Numbered from the stretch's first letter, positions 30,354-43,182 are shown. The stretch: 64,000 nucleotides of DNA from Opitutales bacterium (GCA_007130045.1 SLTG01000041.1:641-64640), one strand, 5' to 3'. Notes: a model not told the origin generated them from the letters alone. A program made the numbers and translations.

Positions 30354-31202
30354 TCAACCTTTCACCAAGGTCGCCCTGGAGTCGCAGTCCGACAGAATCG
30401 CGTTCGTGGAAAAATCCCTGCGCGCGCTGCTATCGACCTTCCAGCATCCCTTCCGGTAAACCGCGCAAACCTGCCCCGCTACGTTCTTCAGGTGTTTTTC
30501 TCCGGCCACTCGGTAGAGCCACACTGAAAACTCGGGATCCCGGCCGTGGTTAAGGCTGTTTTGCACCAAAGGCTCGTAATCGACCAGCAGGTCGAGGAAC
30601 CAGATCCTCTGACCGTGACAAACCGAATGAAAATCATCCTGCGTATCCTCGTCCAGAAGATATTTGCCGAACCCCTCTCGCGGTGAGCCAACATCGAGAT
30701 GCCTGTTGATTTCCGCGGTCACACGGTAAAGCTCCGCTGCGATGTGCCCGAATTCACGGGCGGCCAGGAACGCTTCCCGGAGCTCCTCCAATGCATAACG
30801 TGAAATTGAGAATCCGCGGTCGCCATCCACCCAGAGCCAGTACCACGCAAACAACTCCATTCGTGTGAATTCCTTGGCGGGAAGCAAAAAAGAAAACCAT
30901 TCGGGATCGAACTCGAGGACCGGACCCGAATCCTCCTCTTCAAGTTTCGAACGCCAATCCGCCCACGCGCTGAGGTTCTGATTCAGGAGGAACTGAATGT
31001 CACTCAGGTAACGGGCATAAAAACGCTTTTCGTACTCACCTTCCGCACTGTACAAGATCGGGCAAACCCCATCCGGAAAACGGAGGAAAAGCTCCGTATC
31101 CAATGCGTGTTCCGGCTCTTCCTGGCCCGGTGCCAGCCCGGCGCAGGTGCCGGGAAAGGTTTCCACTGTATTCATCAACTCCTGACGACTTGCTTGGACC
31201 AT
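30354..31202 (-). CDS. Hypothetical Trp-rich cytoplasmic protein, no family recognised
   Basis: 282-aa ORF with ATG at 31202, no signal peptide or TM segment. Visibly less GC-rich than its neighbours. Monocistronic, preceded by an AT-rich stretch. Confidence 0.6.
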   Translation of the reverse strand: MVQASRQELMNTVETFPGTCAGLAPGQEEPEHALDTELFLRFPDGVCPILYSAEGEYEKRFYARYLSDIQFLLNQNLSAWADWRSKLEEEDSGPVLEFDPEWFSFLLPAKEFTRMELFAWYWLWVDGDRGFSISRYALEELREAFLAAREFGHIAAELYRVTAEINRHLDVGSPREGFGKYLLDEDTQDDFHSVCHGQRIWFLDLLVDYEPLVQNSLNHGRDPEFSVWLYRVAGEKHLKNVAGQVCAVYRKGCWKVDSSARRDFSTNAILSDCDSRATLVKG

Positions 31203-31736
31203 TAAATGTTTGGCGTTGCATCCATATATGTGATCCCGAACCTCCTTATCAAACGCAAATCATTGCCGTTCAGTCATTTTACAATTTTATTAGTTCTCTA
31301 TTACAGGTTTTTTACACATCGATCATCAAGCCCCCCTTTCGCTCTCCGGAAACGTGCCCGGGCAGCCTGTGACCGGCTCAATCAACATTGAGCGACGCGG
31401 CGTCCCGTCGGACGGAGCGGACGCGCACCATCAATTTCTATCGCCTTCGGGCCGTAACTTCACGCCGCAATCCCGCTGAACCGGCGCCGGAAATTGTATG
31501 GCTATAGAACCATCGCTCACGGTTCGGCGTCTATCCTGAACGGTTGCCTTCGAGCGGATTGAAACGATCCACAGCGCGAAGCGCGACGATTCCGAGTATT
31601 CTCCGCGGGTTCTCCCGGCAAGAGAGCTATTAACGTATTCAGACTCAGAGGTACAGACCGGGTGTTCGTCGGGCAAGGCACGATGCCGTCAATCGCGAGT
31701 CACGGTGCTTCCGACAGGAGGGGCTTACCGCTCTTG

Positions 31737-32837
31737 CTAATGCGCGATCGCGTACTGGCTTGCCGCGTTACGCGTGAGTTCGACCCACTCCTTCCAGGAT
31801 GCCTGCAACTCTTTGCGATGCCGCCTGATTTCCGCGCGGAGCAATCGGCGCTGTTCGGTCGATGCCTTTTGAAATTCCCTGAGCGTCGCCATCAACGCGG
31901 ACGCGTTCTCTTCGAACCTCGCGGCCAGAGTTTCAACGCGTTCACGCAATTCGGCGGCAAATTCGTCGAACTCCTGCCCGAGCCTGTCAAGGAGGAGCTC
32001 CTTATCCTTAAGCACGAGTTTCTTCTGGATTCTGACTTTATCGACCGTCCGCAATCCTTTGGCCACACCGAGCTTCGAGGCCGTCCAGACGAGCCACTTG
32101 GTCGGATCGAAATGGTACCAGCGAACCCCGTTTCGATAATCGCCGGCAAAAACATGGTGGTAGTTGTGATACCCCTCGCCAAAGGTCAACAGCGCCATGA
32201 CGGCGTTATCAACGGCGCTGAGTTCACGCGCGTAGGTTTTCGACCCCCATGTGTGGGCGAGGGAATTGATAAACCAGGTGCAATGGTGGATGGCAAAGAT
32301 CCGCGCGACGACACCGGCGTAAAAAGACGCCAAAGGGTGCATGAACAGGCAGCCGATTCCGAAGACAGCCCCGTTCACCAGAATCGCCAGCAGGATATAG
32401 TGGCGGTGCTGAAACATCACCCGCGGATTCTTCAGCAGGTCGGCAACCAGCCCCTCCTGAAAATCCCGTTTGTACGAAAACAGCCAGAGAAAATGGGCGT
32501 ACCAGAACCCTTTGTTGATCGAATAAGGATCCTTGTCGCTATCGACGTGATTGTGGTGAAGGCGATGATCATGGGACCACATCAGCGCGGACCACTGAAA
32601 CCCTAGCGTCGAGGTCAGCAGAACAGTCCATTCATAGATGGGATGGGCGTAGTAGGACCGGTGCGAAAACAGGCGGTGGTAGCCGGCGGTGATGGAAAGC
32701 CCGCCCACCATAAACGTGATCAGAAAGAAAAGTGCGGCCGGCCACGAAAACACTCCGACAAAGAACGGGAGGAGCGCCACTAGAAGAATGTGGTAGGCGG
32801 CAATAAAGATAAATGTGTCCCGGTTTCGAATACGCAT
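31737..32837 (-). CDS. Acyl-CoA (delta-9 type) fatty acid desaturase
   Basis: Three histidine boxes HRLFSH, HDHRLHH and HNYHH. Membrane N-terminal half. C-terminal coiled-coil-like extension of about 90 aa. Confidence 0.93.
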   Translation of the reverse strand: MRIRNRDTFIFIAAYHILLVALLPFFVGVFSWPAALFFLITFMVGGLSITAGYHRLFSHRSYYAHPIYEWTVLLTSTLGFQWSALMWSHDHRLHHNHVDSDKDPYSINKGFWYAHFLWLFSYKRDFQEGLVADLLKNPRVMFQHRHYILLAILVNGAVFGIGCLFMHPLASFYAGVVARIFAIHHCTWFINSLAHTWGSKTYARELSAVDNAVMALLTFGEGYHNYHHVFAGDYRNGVRWYHFDPTKWLVWTASKLGVAKGLRTVDKVRIQKKLVLKDKELLLDRLGQEFDEFAAELRERVETLAARFEENASALMATLREFQKASTEQRRLLRAEIRRHRKELQASWKEWVELTRNAASQYAIAH

Positions 32838-32864
32838 AAATTAAAAGGGTTCCCGACAGGAACC
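32838..32864 (-). promoter_or_regulatory. Hairpin plus U-tract immediately 5' of the desaturase start codon
   Basis: The minus strand reads GGTTCC-TGTCG-GGAACC-CTTTTAATTT-ATG. A 6-bp stem (32848-32864) is followed by a T-rich run that ends at the ATG (32837). Confidence 0.25.
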
Positions 32865-33165
32865 TGGAAAGATCGTTCAGTCCATCACGCAGGTATGAGA
32901 ATCAATACGCAAGCAGGAAAATTGGACAGAATGCAGGTGATTTCAGAATATTCAACAGGAAAACACACTTATTCCCCGCATGCAATCGTTCCTTGGCGAT
33001 TTCCGGCCTGGATTCCGGGTGACTGGAGGAAACGTCAGCCCTATTTCTGTTCCACGATCCTTTCGATCCGTGCAACGACGTCCGGCGCGAGCTTATCGAA
33101 CGGTTCCGCGGCACGGGAATCCGGGGCGGCCGGAATTTCGGCACACGCACCAGGGAACGGGCGGA

Positions 33166-33840
33166 CTACGGGATCTCGTCGACCAGCGACTGAACGCGGT
33201 CGGACCAATACCCCATCTGGTCTTCGGCGTCGATCCGGTCGAAAAGGTCGCTCACCCGTTCGTAGTTTCCCTGCTCGAACGCAAGCAATGCCAATTGGGA
33301 CTTGGCCTCCATGCGAACCGCCAGCAGCGCATCGGCATCGTCCGCCAGAGCGTTAAACACGCGTTCCGCATCGTCCGTCCGTCCGAGAAAAACATAGGAC
33401 ATCCCTTCCCCAAGGCGTGCCCGGCCGCCGAGCGGATGTCGGTCGAGAGCCGATGACGCCAAGGCATACATTTCCGCCGCCGGCTCGTATTCCTCCGCTT
33501 CAAAGCGGTTGTCACCCGCTTCCAGGGCCGCGGTTCCGCCGAGCAGGTGGCCCGGGTAATCCCGCGCAAATGCCTCCCTGGCTTCGACCGTTTCCGCGGC
33601 GGCATACTCATCGCGAATTGACGCTTCTCTCCGCTCCGCCATATACAGCATTGCAAAATACAGAATCGTCCCCGCAAATACGGCGATCACGGCGCCGACG
33701 ATGAGCGTGCTGTACTTGTGCCAGATGAGGTACATCCGGTCTTCCAGACCCGCCTCTTTATAAGCCTCGTCGACCGCGACGATATTACGCTCGTCCGCTT
33801 CGATCTTCCTGTCAGGTTGAGTAGTCGCCTTTTTTTTCAT
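33166..33840 (-). CDS. Membrane-anchored TPR-like protein (YfgM-like architecture)
   Basis: One TM helix (IVGAVIAVFAGTILYFAMLYM) followed by an Ala/Glu-rich helical-repeat domain. ATG at 33840 (MKKKATTQ). Confidence 0.6.
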   Translation of the reverse strand: MKKKATTQPDRKIEADERNIVAVDEAYKEAGLEDRMYLIWHKYSTLIVGAVIAVFAGTILYFAMLYMAERREASIRDEYAAAETVEAREAFARDYPGHLLGGTAALEAGDNRFEAEEYEPAAEMYALASSALDRHPLGGRARLGEGMSYVFLGRTDDAERVFNALADDADALLAVRMEAKSQLALLAFEQGNYERVSDLFDRIDAEDQMGYWSDRVQSLVDEIP

Positions 33841-33958
33841 GAATTGCTTACTGGCATTGTCCGCTGCAAAGCGACAATAAACGGGAAGTTATGGAATGGA
33901 GTCAACACATTCCCGCCATCCGTGCACACCCGCGTCCGAAACGTCCAAAAAAGCAAAG

Positions 33959-34819
33959 TTAATCGAATACGACTGTTTTTCGGCCGTATATCAGAATCCG
34001 GTGTTCGAGTTGCCAGGCGACTGCCTGGGAGAGAACGATCTTTTCCAGATCCCGGCCCTTTCGAATGAGATCCGAGACATCGTGCCGGTGAGACACGCGC
34101 ACGACGTCCTGGTGAACGATCGGCCCGTCGTCGAGAATGGCCGTCGCGTAATGAGCGGTCGCGCCGATGAGCTTGACGCCGCGGGCGTGCGCCTGGTGAT
34201 AGGGACGGGTCCCGACAAAAGCCGGCAGGAAGGAATGGTGAATGTTCATCACGGGACACCCCACCCGTTCCAGGAATTCCGCCGAAAGGATCTGCATGTA
34301 CCGGGCGAGAACGACCAACTCCACGCCCTCTTCCTGGAACAGCGCCAACGCGCGGCTTTCGGCTTCGTTCTTCGTCCCGGGATCAACGGGAATGTGATGA
34401 AACCGAATACCGAAACGCTCGCAATCCGCACGGAGATCCTCGTGATTGGAAACGACACAGGCAATCCTGCAGCGAAACTCTCCCGTCTTCCAGCGCAAGA
34501 CGAGATCGTGCAGGCAATGGGGAAAACGGGACACCAGGATCGCAATGGTCGGAACATGGCCGGGGAGCGCCACCGTCGCCCGCATCCCGTTCCCGGCGGC
34601 GAACGTTCCGAATGAAGCCGCCTCCTCTTGGAGCCGGCCGGAGGAACTGTCCCATTCGATCCGTTGAAAAAAAATCTCCTCTTCCCGGTCCCGGTGCTGA
34701 TCCGCGTGAATGATGTTGCCGCCGTGCTCGTAAATCCACCCGGCCAGGCTGGCGACAATACCGCGGCGGTCCGGGCCGGAAAGCAAGGCGACGAGCCGTG
34801 GATTTTTGTCGCGCGTCAT
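33959..34819 (-). CDS. purU: Formyltetrahydrofolate deformylase
   Basis: N-terminal ACT-like domain (GPDRRGIVASLAGWIYEHGGNI) plus formyltransferase core (VSNHEDL..., NIHHSFLPAF). ATG at 34819. Confidence 0.93.
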   Translation of the reverse strand: MTRDKNPRLVALLSGPDRRGIVASLAGWIYEHGGNIIHADQHRDREEEIFFQRIEWDSSSGRLQEEAASFGTFAAGNGMRATVALPGHVPTIAILVSRFPHCLHDLVLRWKTGEFRCRIACVVSNHEDLRADCERFGIRFHHIPVDPGTKNEAESRALALFQEEGVELVVLARYMQILSAEFLERVGCPVMNIHHSFLPAFVGTRPYHQAHARGVKLIGATAHYATAILDDGPIVHQDVVRVSHRHDVSDLIRKGRDLEKIVLSQAVAWQLEHRILIYGRKTVVFD

Positions 34820-34824
34820 GCCGG

Positions 34825-38070
<3,246 letters not shown>

Positions 38071-38214
38071 GGATGCTGGATTCCATTCCATTTCCGGATA
38101 GAAAGAAGCCAGGAGCAAGCGAGAAAACCGAAGAAAACAAAACAACAGAAAATAACGGGCGGACCGCACGGAAATCCACGCAGCCCGAACAGCCGGCCCG
38201 GCAATCGATCGGGG

Positions 38215-39495
38215 TCAGGAATTGACCAGGGTGGAAATCCTGGACAGGTCGCAACCGAGAATCGCTGCGGCCTTTTCTTCATCGTTGCCGCACGCCGCCA
38301 GCACCGTCCTGACGTAGTGCCTCTCTTTCGGGGCGAGATACTCTTCGAGCGTCGGCCAGTCCTGGAAGGGACGAACCCTGAGCGGAAGCTGATCGATGTC
38401 GATAATGCGTGTTGACGTCGTCGAGACAACACTGGAAACCACCTGGGCCAGTTCGGTCATATTTCCCGGCCAGCCGTAGTGCGTCAGCGCGTCGAGCGCT
38501 TCATCGGTAAACTCGATCTGCCGGGCATCAAAATCAGAAATCGCCACCCGCGCCACTCTCGCCTTCACAATATCCGGGATGTCAGTGGAATGTTCCCGCA
38601 ACGGGGGGATGTTCACCGGCAGGGTGGCAATCCGGTAAAACAACTCGTCACTGAATTCGCCCTCGTCGATCATATCCTCCAGGTCCACGTTTGCCGAACA
38701 GATGAGCCGGAAACGGTTGATATTGTTCTTGAGCACACTGACAAGAATCTCCTGCAGCTCGTCCGACAGGCACTCAACCTGCCCGAGAAACAGCGTGCCT
38801 CCCGCGGCGTCCCCGATCCATTGCCCCCCCTTGTTATCCGCTCCAAAGAGATTCTCGCGAAAATTTTCCTCCTGACTGAGCGTGCAATCGACAAAAACCA
38901 TGGGCGCGTCGTTTCCGTTCCGGTTCCGGTGGAGAACATCGGCGATGAATTTCTTTCCCGTTCCGGTCTCTCCCTGGAGCAAGGCGGGGGTCTGGGAACC
39001 GACAAGCTTAAGAACCTGTTGTCGAAGGCGAACGATTTTCTCGCTGCGTCCGGGGAGGATCCCTTCGATTTCGCCCTGCTCTCCGGGCGAAGCCGGAATC
39101 TGCGCCGAAGGGTCGGGATTGTTTCCTTTCGAGCCCCTGAACTCGACCGCGTGGTCGAGGGTGGCGAGAAGCTCGTCCACCTTGAACGGTTTTTTGATGT
39201 AATCGAAGGCGCCGTACTTCAACGCTTTAATCGCGGTGTCCGTGCTGGCGTATCCGGTCATCATAATCACGACGCTCCGGGGATCGTAGGTTTTCAACTG
39301 TTTGAGCAGTGTGATCCCGTCCATCGGCTGCATTGAGATGTCAGCCAGCACAACGTCAAACGATGAGGACTTGTACAGGGACAACGCCTTCTCGCCGTCC
39401 TGGGCAAAAACGCATTTGTGGCCGGTGGGCTCAATGACCGCCTCCAGCATTTCGTGGATGGAGGACAGGTCATCAACAATAAGTATAGACGCCAT
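38215..39495 (-). CDS. Response regulator with receiver + degenerate AAA+ (NtrC-like) + Fis-type HTH domains
   Basis: The receiver domain is intact (IVDD, VLADISMQPMDG, KKPF). Walker A is GETGTGKK. The GAFTGA position reads FGADNKGGQW, and Walker B reads GGTLFLGQVECL instead of ..LFLDE... C-terminal HTH is EKAAAILGCDLSRISTLV. ATG at 39495. Confidence 0.85.
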   Translation of the reverse strand: MASILIVDDLSSIHEMLEAVIEPTGHKCVFAQDGEKALSLYKSSSFDVVLADISMQPMDGITLLKQLKTYDPRSVVIMMTGYASTDTAIKALKYGAFDYIKKPFKVDELLATLDHAVEFRGSKGNNPDPSAQIPASPGEQGEIEGILPGRSEKIVRLRQQVLKLVGSQTPALLQGETGTGKKFIADVLHRNRNGNDAPMVFVDCTLSQEENFRENLFGADNKGGQWIGDAAGGTLFLGQVECLSDELQEILVSVLKNNINRFRLICSANVDLEDMIDEGEFSDELFYRIATLPVNIPPLREHSTDIPDIVKARVARVAISDFDARQIEFTDEALDALTHYGWPGNMTELAQVVSSVVSTTSTRIIDIDQLPLRVRPFQDWPTLEEYLAPKERHYVRTVLAACGNDEEKAAAILGCDLSRISTLVNS

Positions 39496-39570
39496 AGATA
39501 AGGAACAGACTTCAGGTGACTCCCGGTAAAGACAGTTGTTCCTCATTTAAAGCCGTCGGAAACACAAAGG

Positions 39571-40749
39571 TCAACCCCCCACTACATTGGACAGCTCGAA
39601 AATCGGAAGGAACATGGCCATAACGATACCGCCCACGATTATCCCGATTATCACGATCATAATCGGCTCGAGAAGAGACGTCAGACCCGACACCGTCGCA
39701 TCGACTTCGGTATCGTAAAAATCGGCCACTTTCAGCATCATTCCGTCCACGTTTCCGGTCTGTTCACCCGCGCGGACCATGTGTTTCATCATTGGAGGGA
39801 AGTACGGATCCTCGCGCAGGACATCGGAAACCTGCCCGCCCTGGCTGATGCTCTTTCCAATCTCCTTGGTGGCGTCCTCGACATAGGTGTTGTCGCTGGC
39901 GGACGAGACGATCTCAAGCGCCCGCAGAATCGGCACTCCGCTGCGCGCGAGAATCGCATAGGTCCGGCAGAAGCGCGAAAGCGAAATCTTCTGGCGCAGA
40001 TTCCCGATGATCGGAAGCTTCATCAACCCTTGGTCCCGCATGCGCCTCCCTCGCTCGGTCGAAAGGAATTTTTTGAGGATATAGACCGCCACGCCGCCCG
40101 CGAGAATGATAAAAACAATGTTGCTCTTGAGGAAGTTGCTGAAGTCGATGAGCATCTGGGTCGGCGCGGGCAACGACTCTCCGAAGTCTTCGAACATTTC
40201 CGCGAAAACGGGAATGACGAAGATCAGCAGAACGTTGACCAGGATGATGGCGAGCCCGATAACGGCAATCGGATAAGTCAGGGCGGCCTTCACTTTCTTG
40301 GTCAGGGCGAGGGTGGCCTCGAAATAATCGGCCACCTTCATCAGAATCGGCGCGAGAGCGCCGCTGGCCTCACCGGCCGCGACCATCGACACAAACAGAT
40401 TGTTGAACGCCCTCGGGTACTTGCGGGCGGCGGCCGACAACGGATTGCCAGCGGCCACCTCGTTGCGGACGTCACGAATGATAACGCGGAAAACCGGGTC
40501 CTCGGTCTGCTCCATCAGGGCCTCCAGCGAACTCACCATCGGGAGACCCGCCTCGAGCATGGAGCCGAGCTGCTGGGTAAACACGGTCAATTCCGAAAGC
40601 TTGAGCTTGTACCTGCCCGCCTTCTTTTCGTAGGCGCGCTGTTTCGCAAGCCTTTGAGACTCGGAAAAGCTCACCTTCTTCTTCGGCAGTCCCGGCGAAA
40701 TCCCGGCAGCCGAACCGGCCGACGATGTTGATGACGATATAAAAGCCAT
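39571..40749 (-). CDS. Type II secretion / type IV pilus platform protein (GspF/PilC family)
   Basis: 392 aa with two T2SSF repeats and three TM segments. No PilB/PilT/GspE ATPase gene is adjacent. Confidence 0.9.
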   Translation of the reverse strand: MAFISSSTSSAGSAAGISPGLPKKKVSFSESQRLAKQRAYEKKAGRYKLKLSELTVFTQQLGSMLEAGLPMVSSLEALMEQTEDPVFRVIIRDVRNEVAAGNPLSAAARKYPRAFNNLFVSMVAAGEASGALAPILMKVADYFEATLALTKKVKAALTYPIAVIGLAIILVNVLLIFVIPVFAEMFEDFGESLPAPTQMLIDFSNFLKSNIVFIILAGGVAVYILKKFLSTERGRRMRDQGLMKLPIIGNLRQKISLSRFCRTYAILARSGVPILRALEIVSSASDNTYVEDATKEIGKSISQGGQVSDVLREDPYFPPMMKHMVRAGEQTGNVDGMMLKVADFYDTEVDATVSGLTSLLEPIMIVIIGIIVGGIVMAMFLPIFELSNVVGG

Positions 40750-40887
40750 ATCCTTGATGAAGGTAGCCTCTGAAGCACATTATAAGCAACTTTTAATGTA
40801 GATAATAAATGGTAAAAAAAATCGTTGAACTTTCGGAGGAAACGGCTCCATTGTTTTCAGGGTACCGCGATCCACAGCCTTTTGAAT

Positions 40888-40958
40888 GCGGGTATAGTTT
40901 AGTGGTAAAACTCCAGCCTTCCAAGCTGGCTACGTCGGTTCGATTCCGTCTACCCGCA
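40888..40958 (+). tRNA. tRNA-Gly (anticodon UCC)
   Basis: Hand-folded cloverleaf. Acceptor stem GCGGGTA/TACCCGC, D stem GTTT/AAAC, anticodon stem CCAGC/GCTGG, loop CTTCCAA, T loop TTCGATT. One U-U mismatch in the T stem. No encoded CCA. Confidence 0.9.
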
Positions 40959-41040
40959 CCGGACGGCGCGCCCCCGAGATCCCGGGTCCGGGGCGTACGC
41001 CGGCGGCGCGGTCAATCGCCGCCATTCGACTCGCCCGCAG

Positions 41041-41757
41041 ATGAACCTGATTCTTTTCAGTCCGGACGAAACGGAAAAACCGCTCCCCCTCGGCGATCCC
41101 CGTGCGGTCCACATTCTCGAACATCTCCGCCGTGAGGACGGCGAGTCATTCGACGCCGGATTGATCCACGGCCCCAGGGGAAAGGGGTGGATCGAAAAGC
41201 GCCTTCCCAAGGAGCTTCGCCTGCGATTCACCTGGGAAGGATCCGTCCCGGCATCCGAACCGGTCATTCTCGCGGCCGGGATCCCCCGCCCTCAAACCGC
41301 GCGCCGCATCCTGCGGGAAGCAAGCGCGCTCGGCGTGCAATCGATTCGTTTTTTCACAGCCGATAAAGGACCGGCATCCTACCGGGAGAGCCGCCTCTGG
41401 TCCACCGGCGAATACCGGCGCCACCTCATCGAGGGGGCCCAGCAGGCGTTCACGACGCGTATCCCGTCCGTGAGCCTGGACGCCGGCCTGAAAGCGTGCC
41501 TCGACGCCCTCCCCGGGTCATCCGTACGCGTTGCCCTGGACGTGTACGAAGGAACCGGCGCGCTCTCGGGTATTTCGTCCGGTGGACCGGATGCGATCCT
41601 TGCGGTCGGACCGGAACGCGGCTGGTCTCGGTCCGAACGCAATCTCTTGCGGGCGGCCGGGTTTACGCTTGTTCATCTCGGCGAACGCGTCCTGCGCTCC
41701 GACACCGCCTGTGTGAGCGGGCTCACCCTGGTGCTGGCTAAACTCGGCCGGTTGTGA
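41041..41757 (+). CDS. rsmE: 16S rRNA (uracil1498-N3)-methyltransferase
   Basis: 238 aa. PUA-like N-terminus, SPOUT C-terminus with GPERGWSRSE...LGERVLRSDTA. Confidence 0.88.
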   Translation: MNLILFSPDETEKPLPLGDPRAVHILEHLRREDGESFDAGLIHGPRGKGWIEKRLPKELRLRFTWEGSVPASEPVILAAGIPRPQTARRILREASALGVQSIRFFTADKGPASYRESRLWSTGEYRRHLIEGAQQAFTTRIPSVSLDAGLKACLDALPGSSVRVALDVYEGTGALSGISSGGPDAILAVGPERGWSRSERNLLRAAGFTLVHLGERVLRSDTACVSGLTLVLAKLGRL

Positions 41758-41845
41758 GATTCGTGATGCGATTCAGCGAACACGCTAATAGGATATTCCC
41801 CGATTGCCGCGACGTTTCTTTCATGTTAGTGAATATGCGATTGTT

Positions 41846-42064
41846 ATGGCATTCACACGATCAAACGACGACAGATGGCTGGGCGGAGTCTGCGGCGGGC
41901 TCGCCGAATATCTCGGCTGGGACAGCACGCTCGTACGGCTGATCTACGCCCTGCTCACGATTTTCAGCGCGGCGTTTCCCGGAGTCATCATCTACATCGT
42001 CCTCTGGCTGCTGATGCCGCCGGGCACAGGGCATCACCGTTTCTCGAACCTGGAATTGCAGTAG
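41846..42064 (+). CDS. PspC domain-containing small membrane protein
   Basis: ATG at 41846. DRWLGGVCGGLAEYLGWDSTLVRLIYALLTIF followed by a TM helix. Confidence 0.8.
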   Translation: MAFTRSNDDRWLGGVCGGLAEYLGWDSTLVRLIYALLTIFSAAFPGVIIYIVLWLLMPPGTGHHRFSNLELQ

Positions 42065-42081
42065 GCACCCGGCGCGCGGCC

Positions 42082-43134
42082 CTACGGCTCCTCCGCCCCT
42101 TCGATTCCGGCTTCCCACGACGGATTGATCCGGAAACCGGGACGGCCGGCCGGAACCCGTCCGCGGCGGTCGGTGTATGCCGCAAACGCGATCATGGCGG
42201 CGTTGTCGCCACAATGTTCCGGAAGCGCCACGAGCAACGGCTTCTTTTCTCCCGTTGCAAGCGCATTCATCCGGTCGCGCAGACGCCGGTTATTCGCCAC
42301 GCCCCCCGACAGTCCAAGGCTCACGCAAGGGAAACCCTTGAGCGCGTGGACGGTTCTTGAAACCAGGGCGTCGATAACGGCCTCCTGGTAAGCCGCGCAA
42401 AGGTCGGCACGCCGTTCGGCGACCTCGCCTTTCTCCATCCCCTCCAACCGGTAACGGAGACTGGTCTTCAGGCCGGAAAAACTGAACTTCAGATCCCTCT
42501 TCCCCGAAAAAGCCCGGGGGAAATCAAAGCTCGCGGGATCTCCGCCGCGAGCCTCGGCTTCAACGTGCGGACCGCCCGGATACGGCAGGCCGAGCAACTT
42601 CGCTCCTTTGTCGAGCGCTTCACCCGCAGCATCGTCCACCGTCCCGCCAAGAACCTTCAGGTCAAACGAACGGCCGATGTGAAACAGGAGCGTATTCCCG
42701 CCGGAAACCAACAACCCGATGTGGGGAAGATGATCCCGGATCCTCTCCATGAAAGCCCCCGGCTCTTCCTGATGAACCGGTATGAATGGAGAAAAGGCGT
42801 GCGCGCGCAGGTGATTGATCCCGACAACCGGTGCGCCCGTTGACAGGTGAAGACTCCTGGCCAGCGCGACGCCAATGCCAAGACAACCTGCCAGTCCGGG
42901 CCCCAGGGTCACGGCTATCTCCGAAAACCGCGCGGCGCCGGCCGTCCCCTTCATCCGTTCGAGAAGCTCGGGAAAATTGGTCAGGTGCTCCCGGCTCGCA
43001 AGATCGGGAACCACGCCGCCGTATTCGCGGTGCAATGCTATCTGGCTGGCGACCCACTGCCCTTTGATCCCTTCGTCCCCGGAAAACAGGGCGAGCGCCG
43101 ACTCGTCGCAGGAACTCTCAATACCGAGAATCAT
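42082..43134 (-). CDS. tsaD: tRNA N6-adenosine threonylcarbamoyltransferase
   Basis: MILGIESSCDESALALF, metal site NHLRAH, ASKHA fold, 350 aa. Confidence 0.96.
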   Translation of the reverse strand: MILGIESSCDESALALFSGDEGIKGQWVASQIALHREYGGVVPDLASREHLTNFPELLERMKGTAGAARFSEIAVTLGPGLAGCLGIGVALARSLHLSTGAPVVGINHLRAHAFSPFIPVHQEEPGAFMERIRDHLPHIGLLVSGGNTLLFHIGRSFDLKVLGGTVDDAAGEALDKGAKLLGLPYPGGPHVEAEARGGDPASFDFPRAFSGKRDLKFSFSGLKTSLRYRLEGMEKGEVAERRADLCAAYQEAVIDALVSRTVHALKGFPCVSLGLSGGVANNRRLRDRMNALATGEKKPLLVALPEHCGDNAAMIAFAAYTDRRGRVPAGRPGFRINPSWEAGIEGAEEP

Positions 43135-43182
43135 TCCCGGAGAATTTCCGCCTGTTCCTGGCGGGAACCGGCGTTTCGGAAG

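Noticed and set aside
31203-31736. Possible structured RNA (RNase P, tmRNA, SRP, 6S, riboswitch) or the 81-aa ORF 31431..31676 in the long spacer
   Set aside because: I looked for GAGGAAAGTCCGG/ACAGAACCCGGCTTA (RNase P), tmRNA ends and the SRP GGAA motif on both strands and found none. Only short 4-5 bp stems are present, and the 81-aa ORF looks non-coding. This remains unresolved rather than disproved; see the finding on 30354-31736.
33830-33837. A8/T8 homopolymer at codons 2-4 (MKKK) of the TPR membrane protein gene as a phase-variation tract
   Set aside because: The tract simply encodes Lys-Lys-Lys in a signal-anchor N-terminus. It is short for slipped-strand switching, and a similar run occurs at the phosphorylase start (52099-52110).
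40888-41040. tRNA-Gly as an integration hotspot
   Set aside because: The downstream genes (rsmE, pspC-domain, tsaD) are core genes. There is no integrase and no duplicated tRNA 3' segment nearby.
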